Below, in pieces: positions 1 through 15,000 of a DNA stretch of 64,000 nucleotides; the first letter of the stretch is position 1; each line of letters begins with the position of its first letter. A model generated the notes under the pieces. It was not told where the DNA came from. It made no database searches and saw nothing but the letters and a program-made list of their open reading frames with translations. The position numbers and the translations under genes were made by a program. Source of the DNA: Auanema rhodensis (Eukaryota > Animalia > Nematoda); assembly GCA_964057225.1 (NCBI GenBank), contig CAXKVF010000076.1, positions 124,001 to 188,000 of the forward strand, read 5' to 3'.

Positions 1-3000
1 GTCCATATTAGTCTAAAAACAAATTTTTATTGATATTGGTTCATGGTAACCATGACTTTGAAATTTACGTGAACTTTAATTTATGCTAATTAAATGTACA
101 CGTGATGTGCACTTGGTATGTAACTCGCTTCACGTGAAAGATAAAGAGATGCGGTTTTCAAAATTAGATTCCCCATGTCCATATTAGTCTAAAAACAAAT
201 TTTTATTGATATTGCTTCATGGTAACCATGACTTTGAAATTTACGTGAACTTTAATTTATGCTAATTAAATGTACACGTGATGTGCACTTGGTATGTAAC
301 TCGCTTCACGTGAATGATAAAGAGATGCGGTTTTCAAAATTAGATTCCCCATGTCCATATTAGTCTAAAAACAAATTTTTATTGATATTGCTTCATGGTA
401 ACCATGACTTTGAAATTTACGTGAACTTTAATTTATGCTAATTAAATGTACACGTGATGTGCACTTGGTATGTAACTCGCTCCACGTGAAAGATAAAGAG
501 ATGCGGTTTTCAAAATTAGATTCCCCATGTCCATATTAGTCTAAAAACAAATTTTTATTGATATTGGTGCATGGTAACCATGACTTTGAAATTTACGTGA
601 ACTTTAATTTATGCTAATTAAATGTACACGTGATGTGCACTTGGTATGTAACTCGCTTCACGTGAAAGATAAAGAGATGCGGTTTTCAAAATTAGATTCC
701 CCATGTCCATATTAGTCTAAAAACAAATTTTTATTGATATTTGTGCATGGTAACCATGACTTTGAAATTTACGTGAACTTTAATTTATGCTAATTAAATG
801 TACACGTGATGTGCACTTGGTATGTAACTCGCTTCACGTGAAAGATGAAGAGATGCGGTTTTCAAAATTAGATTCCCCATGTCCATATTAGTCTAAAAAC
901 AAATTTTTATTGATATTGGTTCATGGTAACCATGACTTTGAAATTTACGTGAACTTTAATTTATGCTAATTAAATATACACGTGATGTGCACTTGGTATG
1001 TAACTCGCTTCACGTGAAAGATAAAGAGATGCGGTTTTCAAAATTAGATTCCCCATGTCCATATTAGTCTAAAAACAAATTTTTATTGATATTGGTGCAT
1101 GGTAACCATGACTTTGAAATTTACGTGAACTTTAATTTATGCTAATTAAATGTACACGTGATGTGCACTTGGTATGTAACTCGCTTCACGTGAAAGATAA
1201 AGAGATGCGGTTTTTAAAATTAGATTCCCCATGTCCATATTAGTCTAAAAACAAATTTTTATTGATATTGGTTCATGGTAACCATGACTTTGAAATTTAC
1301 GTGAACTTTAATTTATGCTAATTAAATGTACACGTGATGTGCACTTGGTATGTAACTCGCTTCACGTGAAAGATAAAGAGATGCGGATTTCAAAATTAGA
1401 TTCCCCATGTCCATATTAGTCTAAAAACAAATTTTTATTGATATTGCTTCATGGTAACCATGACTTTGAAATTTACGTGAACTTTAATTTATGCTAATTA
1501 AATGTACACGTGATGTGCTCTTGGTATGTAACTCGCTTCACGTGAAAGATAAAGAAATGCGGTTTTCAAAATTAGATTCCCCATGTCCATATTAGTCTAA
1601 AAACAAATTTTTATTGATATTGGTTCATGGTAACCATGACTTTGAAATTTACGTGAACTTTAATTTATGCTAATTAAATGTACACGTGATGTGCACTTGG
1701 TATGTAACTCGCTTCACGTGAAAGATAAAGAGATGCGGTTTGCAAAATTAGATTCCCCATGTCCATATTAGTCTCAACACAAATTTTTATTGATATTGCT
1801 TCATGGTAACCATGACTTTGAAATTTACGTGAACTTTAATTTATGCTAATTAAATGTACACGTGATGTGCACTTGGTATGTAACTCGCTTCACGTGAAAG
1901 ATAAAGAGATGCGGTTTGCAAAATTAGATTCCCCATGTCCATATTAGTCTAAAAACAAATTTTTATTGATATTGCTTCATGGTAACCATGACTTTGAAAT
2001 TTACGTGAACTTTAATTTATGCTAATTAAATGTACACGTGATGTGCTCTTGGTATGTAACTCGCTTCACGTGAAAGATAAAGAAATGCGGTTTTCAAAAT
2101 TAGATTCCCCATGTCCATATTAGTCTAAAAACAAATTTTTATTGATATTGGTTCATGGTAACCATGACTTTGAAATTTACGTGAACTTTAATTTATGCTA
2201 ATTAAATGTACACGTGATGTGCACTTGGTATGTAACTCGCTTCACGTGAAAGATAAAGAGATGCGGTTTTCAAAATTAGATTCCCCATGTCCATATTAGT
2301 CTAAAAACAAATTTTTATTGATATTGCTTCATGGTAACCATGACTTTGAAATTTACGTGAACTTTAATTTATGCTAATTAAATGTACACGTGATGTGCAC
2401 TTGGTATGTAACTCGCTTCACGTGAATGATAAAGAGATGCGGTTTTCAAAATTAGATTCCCCATGTCCATATTAGTCTAAAAACAAATTTTTATTGATAT
2501 TGCTTCATGGTAACCATGACTTTGAAATTTACGTGAACTTTAATTTATGCTAATTAAATGTACACGTGATGTGCACTTGGTATGTAACTCGCTCCACGTG
2601 AAAGATAAAGAGATGCGGTTTCCAAAATTAGATTCCCCATGTCCATATTAGTCTAAAAACAAATTTTTATTGATATTGGTGCATGGTAACCATGACTTTG
2701 AAATTTACGTGAACTTTAATTTATGCTAATTAAATGTACACGTGATGTGCACTTGGTATGTAACTCGCTTCACGTGAAAGATAAAGAGATGCGGTTTTCA
2801 AAATTAGATTCCCCATGTCCATATTAGTCTAAAAACAAATTTTTATTGATATTTGTGCATGGTAACCATGACTTTGAAATTTACGTGAACTTTAATTTAT
2901 GCTAATTAAATGTACACGTGATGTGCACTTGGTATGTAACTCGCTTCACGTGAAAGATGAAGAGATGCGGTTTTCAAAATTAGATTCCCCATGTCCATAT

Positions 3001-6000
3001 TAGTCTAAAAACAAATTTTTATTGATATTGGTTCATGGTAACCATGACTTTGAAATTTACGTGAACTTTAATTTATGCTAATTAAATGTACACGTGATGT
3101 GCACTTGGTATGTAACTCGCTTCACGTGAAAGATAAAGAAATGCGGTTTTCAAAATTAGATTCCCCATGTCCATATTAGTCTAAAAACAAATTTTTATTG
3201 ATATTGGTTCATGGTAACCATGACTTTGAAATTTACGTGAACTTTAATTTATGCTAATTAAATGTACACGTGATGTGCACTTGGTATGTAACTCGCTTCA
3301 CGTGAAAGATAAAGAGATGCGGTTTTCAAAATTAGATTCCCCATGTCCATATTAGTCTAAAAACAAATTTTTATTGATATTGCTTCATGGTAACCATGAC
3401 TTTGAAATTTACGTGAACTTTAATTTATGCTAATTAAATGTACACGTGATGTGCACTTGGTATGTAACTCGCTTCACGTGAATGATAAAGAGATGCGGTT
3501 TTCAAAATTAGATTCCCCATGTCCATATTAGTCTAAAAACAAATTTTTATTGATATTGCTTCATGGTAACCATGACTTTGAAATTTACGTGAACTTTAAT
3601 TTATGCTAATTAAATGTACACGTGATGTGCACTTGGTATGTAACTCGCTTCACGTGAAAGATAAAGAGATGCGGTTTTCAAAATTAGATTCCCCATGTCC
3701 ATATTAGTCTAAAAACAAATTTTTATTGATATTGCTTCATGGTAACCATGACTTTGAAATTTACGTGAACTTTAATTTATGCTAATTAAATGTACACGTG
3801 ATGTGCACTTGGTATGTAACTCGCTTCACGTGAATGATAAAGAGATGCGGTTTTCAAAATTAGATTCCCCATGTCCATATTAGTCTAAAAACAAATTTTT
3901 ATTGATATTGCTTCATGGTAACCATGACTTTGAAATTTACGTGAACTTTAATTTATGCTAATTAAATGTACACGTGATGTGCACTTGGTATGTAACTCGC
4001 TCCACGTGAAAGATAAAGAGATGCGGTTTCCAAAATTAGATTCCCCATGTCCATATTAGTCTAAAAACAAATTTTTATTGATATTGGTGCATGGTAACCA
4101 TGACTTTGAAATTTACGTGAACTTTAATTTATGCTAATTAAATGTACACGTGATGTGCACTTGGTATGTAACTCGCTTCACGTGAAAGATAAAGAGATGC
4201 GGTTTTCAAAATTAGATTCCCCATGTCCATATTAGTCTAAAAACAAATTTTTATTGATATTTGTGCATGGTAACCATGACTTTGAAATTTACGTGAACTT
4301 TAATTTATGCTAATTAAATGTACACGTGATGTGCACTTGGTATGTAACTCGCTTCACGTGAAAGATGAAGAGATGCGGTTTTCAAAATTAGATTCCCCAT
4401 GTCCATATTAGTCTAAAAACAAATTTTTATTGATATTGGTTCATGGTAACCATGACTTTGAAATTTACGTGAACTTTAATTTATGCTAATTAAATATACA
4501 CGTGATGTGCACTTGGTATGTAACTCGCTTCACGTGAAAGATAAAGAGATGCGGTTTTCAAAATTAGATTCCCCATGTCCATATTAGTCTAAAAACAAAT
4601 TTTTATTGATATTGGTGCATGGTAACCATGACTTTGAAATTTACGTGAACTTTAATTTATGCTAATTAAATGTACACGTGATGTGCACTTGGTATGTAAC
4701 TCGCTTCACGTGAAAGATAAAGAGATGCGGTTTTTAAAATTAGATTCCCCATGTCCATATTAGTCTAAAAACAAATTTTTATTGATATTGGTTCATGGTA
4801 ACCATGACTTTGAAATTTACGTGAACTTTAATTTATGCTAATTAAATGTACACGTGATGTGCACTTGGTATGTAACTCGCTTCACGTGAAAGATAAAGAG
4901 ATGCGGATTTCAAAATTAGATTCCCCATGTCCATATTAGTCTAAAAACAAATTTTTATTGATATTGGTTCATGGTAACCATGACTTTGAAATTTACGTGA
5001 ACTTTAATTTATGCTAATTAAATGTACACGTGATGTGCACTTGGTATGTAACTCGCTTCACGTGAAAGATAAAGAGATGCGGTTTTCAAAATTAGATTCC
5101 CCATGTCCATATTAGTCTAAAAACAAATTTTTATTGATATTGGTTCATGGTAACCATGACTTTGAAATTTACGTGAACTTTAATTTATGCTAATTAAATG
5201 TACACGTGATGTGCACTTGGTATGTAACTCGCTTCACGTGAAAGATAAAGAGATGCGGTTTTCAAAATTAGATTCCCCATGTCCATATTAGTCTAAAAAC
5301 AAATTTTTATTGATATTGGTTCATGGTAACCATGACTTTGAATTTTACGTGAACTTTAATTTATGCTAATTAAATGTACACGTGATGTGCACTTGGTATG
5401 TAACTCGCTTCACGTGAAAGATAAAGAGATGCGGTTTCCAAAATTAGATTCCCCATGTCCATATTAGTCTAAAAACAAATTTTTATTGATATTGGTTCAT
5501 GGTAACCATGACTTTGAAATTTACGTGAACTTTAATTAATGCTAATTAAATGTACACGTGATGTGCACTTGGTATGTAACTCGCTTCACGTGAAAGATAA
5601 AGAGATGCGGTTTTCAAAATTAGATTCCCCATGTCCATATTAGTCTAAAAACAAATTTTTATTGATATTGCTTCATGGTAACCATGACTTTGAAATTTAC
5701 GTGAACTTTAATTTATGCTAATTAAATGTACACGTGATGTGCACTTGGTATGTAACTCGCTTCACGTGAAAGATAAAGAGATGCAGTTTTCAAAATTAGA
5801 TTCCCCATGTCCATATTAGTCTAAAAACAAATTTTTATTGATATTGCTTCATGGTAACCATGACTTTGAAATTTACGTGAACTTTAATTTATGCTAATTA
5901 AATGTACACGTGATGTGCACTTGGTATGTAACTCGCTTCACGTGAAAGATAAAGAGATGCGGTTTTCAAAATTAGATTCCCCATGTCCATATTAGTCTAA

Positions 6001-9000
6001 AAACAAATTTTTATTGATATTGCTTCATGGTAACCATGACTTTGAAATTTACGTGAACTTTAATTTATGCTAATTAAATGTACACGTGATGTGCACTTGG
6101 TATGTAACTCGCTTCACGTGAAAGATAAAGAGATGCGGTTTTTAAAATTAGATTCCTCATGTCCATATTAGTCTAAAAACAAATTTTTATTGATATTGGT
6201 GCATGGTAACCATGACTTTGAAATTTACGTGAACTTTAATTTATGCTAATTAAATGTACACGTGATGTGCACTTGGTATGTAACTCGCTTCACGTGAAAG
6301 ATAAAGAGATGCGGTTTTCAAAATTAGATTCCCCATGTCCATATTAGTCTAAAAACAAATTTTTATTGATATTGGTGAATGGTAACCATGACTTTGAAAT
6401 TTACGTGAACTTTAATTTATGCTAATTAAATGTACACGTGATGTGCACTTGGTATGTAACTCGCTTCACGTGAAAGATAAAGAGATGCAGTTTTCAAAAT
6501 CAGATTCCCCATGTCCATATTAGTCTAAAAACAAATTTTTATTGATATTGGTTCATGGTAACCATGACTTTGAAATTTACGTGAACTTTAATTTATGCTA
6601 ATTAAATGTACACGTGATGTGCACTTGGTATGTTACTCGCTTCACGTGAAAGATAAAGAGATGCGGTTTTCAAAATTAGATTCCCCATGTCCATATTAGT
6701 CTAAAAACAAATTTTTATTGATATTAGTTCATGGTAACCATGACTTTGAAATTTACGTGAACTTTAATTTATGCTAATTAAATGTACACGTGATGTGCAC
6801 TTGGTATGTAACTCGCTTCACGTGAAAGATAAAGAGATGCGGTTTTCAAAATTAGATTCCCCATGTCCATATTAGTCTAAAAACAAATTTTTATTGATAT
6901 TGGTTCATGGTAACCATGACTTTGAAATTTACGTGAACTTTAATTTATGCTAATTAAATGTACACGTGATGTGCACTTGGTATGTAACTCGCTTCACGTG
7001 AAAGAAAAAGAGATGCGGTTTTCAAAATTAGATTCCCCATGTCCATATTAGTCTAAAAACAAATTTTTATTGATATTGGTGCATGGTAACCATGACTTTG
7101 AAATTTACGTGAACTTTAATTTATGCTAATTAAATGTACACGTGATGTGCACTTGGTATGTAACTCGCTTCACGTGAAAGATGAAGAGATGCGGTTTTCA
7201 AAATTAGATTCCCCATGTCCATATTAGTCTAAAAACAAATTTTTATTGATATTGGTTCATGGTAACCATGACTTTGAAATTTACGTGAACTTTAATTTAT
7301 GCTAATTAAATGTACACGTGATGTGCACTTGGTATGTAACTCGCTTCACGTGAAAGATAAAGAGATGCGGTTTTCAAAATTAGATTCCCCATGTCCATAT
7401 TAGTCTAAAAACAAATTTTTATTGATATTGCTTCATGGTAACCATGACTTTGAAATTTACGTGAACTTTAATTTATGCTAATTAAATGTACACGTGATGT
7501 GCACTTGGTATGTAACTCGCTTCACGTGAAAGATAAAGAGATGCGGTTTTCAAAATTAGATTCCTCATGTCCATATTAGTCTAAAAACAAATTTTTATTG
7601 ATATTGGTGCATGGTAACCATGACTTTGAAATTTACGTGAACTTTAATTTATGCTAATTAAATGTACACGTGATGTGCACTTGGTATGTAACTCGCTTCA
7701 CGTGAAAGATAAAGAGATGCGGTTTTCAAAATTAGATTCCCCATGTCCATATTAGTCTAAAAACAAATTTTTATTGATATTGGTGCATGGTAACCATGAC
7801 TTTGAAATTTACGTGAACTTTAATTTATGCTAATTAAATGTACACGTGATGTGCACTTGGTATGTAACTCGCTTCACGTGAAAGATGAAGAGATGCGGTT
7901 TTCAAAATTAGATTCCCCATGTCCATATTAGTCTAAAAACAAATTTTTATTGATATTGGTTCATGGTAACCATGACTTTGAAATTTACGTGAACTTTAAT
8001 TTATGCTAATTAAATGTACACGTGATGTGCACTTGGTATGTAACTCGCTTCACGTGAAAGATAAAGAGATGCGGTTTTCAAAATTAGATTCCCCATGTCC
8101 ATATTAGTCTAAAAACAAATTTTTATTGATATTAGTTCATGGTAACCATGACTTTGAAATTTACGTGAACTTTAATTTATGCTAATTAAATGTACACGTG
8201 ATGTGCACTTGGTATGTAACTCGCTTCACGTGAAAGATAAAGAGATGCGGTTTTCAAAATTAGATTCCCCATGTCCATATTAGTCTAAAAACAAATTTTT
8301 ATTGATATTGGTTCATGGTAACCATGACTTTGAAATTTACGTGAACTTTAATTTATGCTAATTAAATGTACACGTGATGTGCACCTGGTATGTAACTCGC
8401 TTCACGTGAAAGATAAAGAGATGCGGTTTTCAAAATTAGATTCCCCATGTCCATATTAGTCTAAAAACAAATCTTTATTGATATTGCTTCATGGTAACCA
8501 TGACTTTGAAATTTACGTGAACTTTAATTTATGCTAATTAAATGTACACGTGATGTGCACTTGGTATGTAACTCGCTTCACGTGAAAGATAAAGAGATGC
8601 GGTTTTCAAAATTAGATTCCCCATGTCCATATTAGTCTAAAAACAAATTTTTATTGATATTGGTTCATGGTAACCATGACTTTGAAATTTACGTGAACTT
8701 TAATTTATGCTAATTAAATGTACACGTGATGTGCACTTGGTATGTAACTCGCTTCACGTGAAAGATAAAGAGATGCGGTTTTCAAAATTAGATTCCCCAT
8801 GTCCATATTAGTCTAAAAACAAATTTTTATTGATATTAGTTCATGGTAACCATGACTTTGAAATTTACGTGAACTTTAATTTATGCTAATTAAATGTACA
8901 CGTGATGTGCACTTGGTATGTAACTCGCTTCACGTGAAAGATAAAGAGATGCGGTTTTCAAAATTAGATTCCCCATGTCCATATTAGTCTAAAAACAAAT

Positions 9001-12000
9001 TTTTATTGATATTGGTTCATGGTAACCATGACTTTGAAATTTACGTGAACTTTAATTTATGCTAATTAAATGTACACGTGATGTGCACTTGGTATGTAAC
9101 TCGCTTCACGTGAAAGATAAAGAGATGCGGTTTTCAAAATTAGATTCCCCATGTCCATATTAGTCTAAAAACAAATTTTTATTGATATTAGTTCATGGTA
9201 ACCATGACTTTGAAATTTACGTGAACTTTAATTTATGCTAATTAAATGTACACGTGATGTGCACTTGGTATGTAACTCGCTTCACGTGAAAGATAAAGAG
9301 ATGCGGTTTTCAAAATTAGATTCCCCATGTCCATATTAGTCTAAAAACAAATTTTTATTGATATTGGTTCATGGTAACCATGACTTTGAAATTTACGTGA
9401 ACTTTAATTTATGCTAATTAAATGTACACGTGATGTGCACTTGGTATGTAACTCGCTTCACGTGAAAGATAAAGAGATGCGGTTTTCAAAATTAGATTCC
9501 CCATGTCCATATTAGTCTAAAAACAAATTTTTATTGATATTGCTTCATGGTAACCATGACTTTGAAATTTACGTGAACTTTAATTTATGCTAATTAAATG
9601 TACACGTGATGTGCACTTGGTATGTAACTCGCTTCACGTGAAAGATAAAGAGATGCGGTTTTCAAAATTAGATTCCCCATGTCCATATTAGTCTAAAAAC
9701 AAATTTTTATTGATATTGGTTCATGGTAACCATGACTTTGAAATTTACGTGAACTTTAATTTATGCTAATTAAATGTACACGTGATGTGCACTTGGTATG
9801 TAACTCGCTTCACGTGAAAGATAAAGAGATGCTGTTTTCAAAATTAGATTCCCCATGTCCGTATTAGTCTAAAAACAAATTTTTATTGATATTGCTTCAT
9901 GGTAACCATGACTTTGAAATTTACGTGAACTTTAATTTATGCTAATTAAATGTACACGTGATGTGCACTTGGTATGTAACTCGCTTCACGTGAAAGATAA
10001 AGAGATGCGGTTTTCAAAATTAGATTCCTCATGTCCATATTAGTCTAAAAACAAATTTTTATTGATATTGGTGCATGGTAACCATGACTTTGAAATTTAC
10101 GTGAACTTTAATTTATGCTAATTAAATGTACACGTGATGTGCACTTGGTATGTAACTCGCTTCACGTGAAAGATAAAGAGATGCGGTTTTCAAAATTAGA
10201 TTCCCCATGTCCATATTAGTCTAAAAACAAATTTTTATTGATATTGGTGAATGGTAACCATGACTTTGAAATTTACGTGAACTTTAATTTATGCTAATTA
10301 AATGTACACGTGATGTGCACTCGGTATGTAACTCGCTTCACGTGAAAGATGAAGAGATGCGGTTTTCAAAATTAGATTCCTCATGTCCATATTAGTCTAA
10401 AAACAAATTTTTATTGATATTGGTTCATGGTAACCATGACTTTGAAATTTACGTGAACTTTAATTTATGCTAATTAAATGTACACGTGATGTGCACTTGG
10501 TATGTAACTCGCTTCACGTGAAAGATAAAGAGATGCGGTTTTCAAAATTAGATTCCCCATGTCCATATTAGTCTAAAAACAAATTTTTATTGATATTGGT
10601 ACATGGTAACCATGACTTTGAAATTTACGTGAACTTTAATTTATGCTAATTAAATGTACACGTGATGTGCACTTGGTATGTAACTCGCTTCACGTGAAAG
10701 ATAAAGAGATTCGGTTTTGAAAATTAGATTCCCCATGTCCATATTAGTCTAAAAACAAATTTTTATTGATATTGGTTCATGGTAACCATGACTTTGAAAT
10801 TTACGTGAACTTTAATTTATGCTAATTAAATGTACACGTGATGTGCACTTGGTATGTAACTCGCTTCACGTGAAAGATGAAGAGATGCGGTTTTCAAAAT
10901 TAGATTCCCCATGTCCATATTAGTCTAAAAACAAATTTTTATTGATATTGGTTCATGGTAACCATGACTTTGAAATTTACGTGAACTTTAATTTATGCTA
11001 ATTAAATGTACACGTGATGTGCACTTGGTATGTAACTCGCTTCACGTGATAGATAAAGAGATGCGGTTTTCAAAATTAGATTCCCCATGTCCATATTAGT
11101 CTAAAAACAAATTTTTATTGATATTGGTTCATGGTAACCATGACTTTGAAATTTACGTGAACTTTAATTTATGCTAATTAAATGTACACGTGATGTGCAC
11201 TTGGTATGTAACTCGCTTCACGTGAAAGATAAAGAGATGCGGTTTTCAAAATTAGATTCCCCATGTCCATATTAGTCTAAAAACAAATTTTTATTGATAT
11301 TGGTGCATGGTAACCATGACTTTGAAATTTACGTGAACTTTAATTTATGCTAATTAAATGTACACGTGATGTGCACTTGGTATGTAACTCGCTTCACGTG
11401 AAAGATAAAGAGATGCGGTTTTCAAAATTAGATTCCCCATGTCCATATTAGTCTAAAAACAAATTTTTATTGATATTGGTTCATGGTAACCATGACTTTG
11501 AAATTTACGTGAACTTTAATTTATGCTAATTAAATGTACACGTGATGTGCACTTGGTATGTAACTCGCTTCACGTGAAAGATAAAGAGATGCGGTTTTCA
11601 AAATTAGATTCCCCATGTCCATATTAGTCTAAAAACAAATTTTTATTGATATTGCTTCATGGTAACCATGACTTTGAAATTTACGTGAACTTTAATTTAT
11701 GCTAATTAAATGTACACGTGATGTGCACTTGGTATGTAACTCGCTTCACGTGAAAGATAAAGAGATGCGGTTTTCAAAATTAGATTCCCCATGTCCATAT
11801 TAGTCTAAAAACAAATTTTTATTGATATTGGTTCATGGTAACCATGACTTTGAAATTTACGTGAACTTTAATTTATGCTAATTAAATGTACACGTGATGT
11901 GCACTTGGTATGTAACTCGCTTCACGTGAAAGATAAAGAGATGCTGTTTTCAAAATTAGATTCCCCATGTCCGTATTAGTCTAAAAACAAATTTTTATTG

Positions 12001-15000
12001 ATATTGCTTCATGGTAACCATGACTTTGAAATTTACGTGAACTTTAATTTATGCTAATTAAATGTACACGTGATGTGCACTTGGTATGTAACTCGCTTCA
12101 CGTGAAAGATAAAGAGATGCGGTTTTCAAAATTAGATTCCTCATGTCCATATTAGTCTAAAAACAAATTTTTATTGATATTGGTGCATGGTAACCATGAC
12201 TTTGAAATTTACGTGAACTTTAATTTATGCTAATTAAATGTACACGTGATGTGCACTTGGTATGTAACTCGCTTCACGTGAAAGATAAAGAGATGCGGTT
12301 TTCAAAATTAGATTCCCCATGTCCATATTAGTCTAAAAACAAATTTTTATTGATATTGGTGAATGGTAACCATGACTTTGAAATTTACGTGAACTTTAAT
12401 TTATGCTAATTAAATGTACACGTGATGTGCACTCGGTATGTAACTCGCTTCACGTGAAAGATGAAGAGATGCGGTTTTCAAAATTAGATTCCTCATGTCC
12501 ATATTAGTCTAAAAACAAATTTTTATTGATATTGGTTCATGGTAACCATGACTTTGAAATTTACGTGAACTTTAATTTATGCTAATTAAATGTACACGTG
12601 ATGTGCACTTGGTATGTAACTCGCTTCACGTGAAAGATAAAGAGATGCGGTTTTCAAAATTAGATTCCCCATGTCCATATTAGTCTAAAAACAAATTTTT
12701 ATTGATATTGGTACATGGTAACCATGACTTTGAAATTTACGTGAACTTTAATTTATGCTAATTAAATGTACACGTGATGTGCACTTGGTATGTAACTCGC
12801 TTCACGTGAAAGATAAAGAGATTCGGTTTTCAAAATTAGATTCCCCATGTCCATATTAGTCTAAAAACAAATTTTTATTGATATTGGTTCATGGTAACCA
12901 TGACTTTGAAATTTACGTGAACTTTAATTTATGCTAATTAAATGTACACGTGATGTGCACTTGGTATGTAACTCGCTTCACGTGAAAGATAAAGAGATGC
13001 GGTTTTCAAAATTAGATTCCCCATGTCCATATTAGTCTAAAAACAAATTTTTATTGATATTGGTTCATGGTAACCATGACTTTGAAATTTACGTGAACTT
13101 TAATTTATGCTAATTAAATGTACACGTGATGTGCACTTGGTATGTAACTCGCTTCACGTGATAGATAAAGAGATGCGGTTTTCAAAATTAGATTCCCCAT
13201 GTCCATATTAGTCTAAAAACAAATTTTTATTGATATTGGTTCATGGTAACCATGACTTTGAAATTTACGTGAACTTTAATTTATGCTAATTAAATGTACA
13301 CGTGATGTGCACTTGGTATGTAACTCGCTTCACGTGAAAGATAAAGAGATGCGGTTTTCAAAATTAGATTCCCCATGTCCATATTAGTCTAAAAACAAAT
13401 TTTTATTGATATTGGTGCATGGTAACCATGACTTTGAAATTTACGTGAACTTTAATTTATGCTAATTAAATGTACACGTGATGTGCACTTGGTATGTAAC
13501 TCGCTTCACGTGAAAGATAAAGAGATGCGGTTTTCAAAATTAGATTCCTCATGTCTATATTAGTCTAAAAACAAATTTTTATTGATATTGGTTCATGGTA
13601 ACCATGACTTTGAAATTTACGTGAACTTTAATTTATGCTAATTAAATGTACACGTGATGTGCACTTGGTATGTAACTCGCTTCACGTGAAAGATAAAGAG
13701 ATGCGGTTTTCAAAATTAGATTCCCCATGTCCATATTAGTCTAAAAACAAATTTTTATTGATATTGCTTCATGGTAACCATGACTTTGAAATTTACGTGA
13801 ACTTTAATTTATGCTAATTAAATGTACACGTGATGTGCACTTGGTATGTAACTCGCTTCACGTGAAAGATAAAGAGATGCGGTTTTCAAAATTAGATTCC
13901 CCATGTCCATATTAGTCTCAACACAAATTTTTATTGATATTGCTTCATGGTAACCATGACTTTGAAATTTACGTGAACTTTAATTTATGCTAATTAAATG
14001 TACACGTGATGTGCACTTGGTATGTAACTCGCTTCACGTGAAAGATAAAGAGATGCGGTTTGCAAAATTAGATTCCCCATGTCCATATTAGTCTAAAAAC
14101 AAATTTTTATTGATATTGCTTCATGGTAACCATGACTTTGAAATTTACGTGAACTTTAATTTATGCTAATTAAATGTACACGTGATGTGCTCTTGGTATG
14201 TAACTCGCTTCACGTGAAAGATAAAGAAATGCGGTTTTCAAAATTAGATTCCCCATGTCCATATTAGTCTAAAAACAAATTTTTATTGATATTGGTTCAT
14301 GGTAACCATGACTTTGAAATTTACGTGAACTTTAATTTATGCTAATTAAATGTACACGTGATGTGCACTTGGTATGTAACTCGCTTCACGTGAAAGATAA
14401 AGAGATGCGGTTTTCAAAATTAGATTCCCCATGTCCATATTAGTCTAAAAACAAATTTTTATTGATATTGGTTCATGGTAACCATGACTTTGAAATTTAC
14501 GTGAACTTTAATTTATGCTAATTAAATGTACACGTGATGTGCACTTGGTATGTAACTCGCTTCACGTGAAAGATAAAGAGATGCGGTTTTCAAAATTAGA
14601 TTCCCCATGTCCATATTAGTCTAAAAACAAATTTTTATTGATATTAGTTCATGGTAACCATGACTTTGAAATTTACGTGAACTTTAATTTATGCTAATTA
14701 AATGTACACGTGATGTGCACTTGGTATGTAACTCGCTTCACGTGAAAGATAAAGAGATGCGGTTTTCAAAATTAGATTCCCCATGTCCATATTAGTCTAA
14801 AAACAAATTTTTATTGATATTGGTTCATGGTAACCATGACTTTGAAATTTACGTGAACTTTAATTTATGCTAATTAAATGTACACGTGATGTGCACTTGG
14901 TATGTAACTCGCTTCACGTGAAAGATAAAGAGATGCGGTTTTCAAAATTAGATTCCCCATGTCCATATTAGTCTAAAAACAAATTTTTATTGATATTGCT

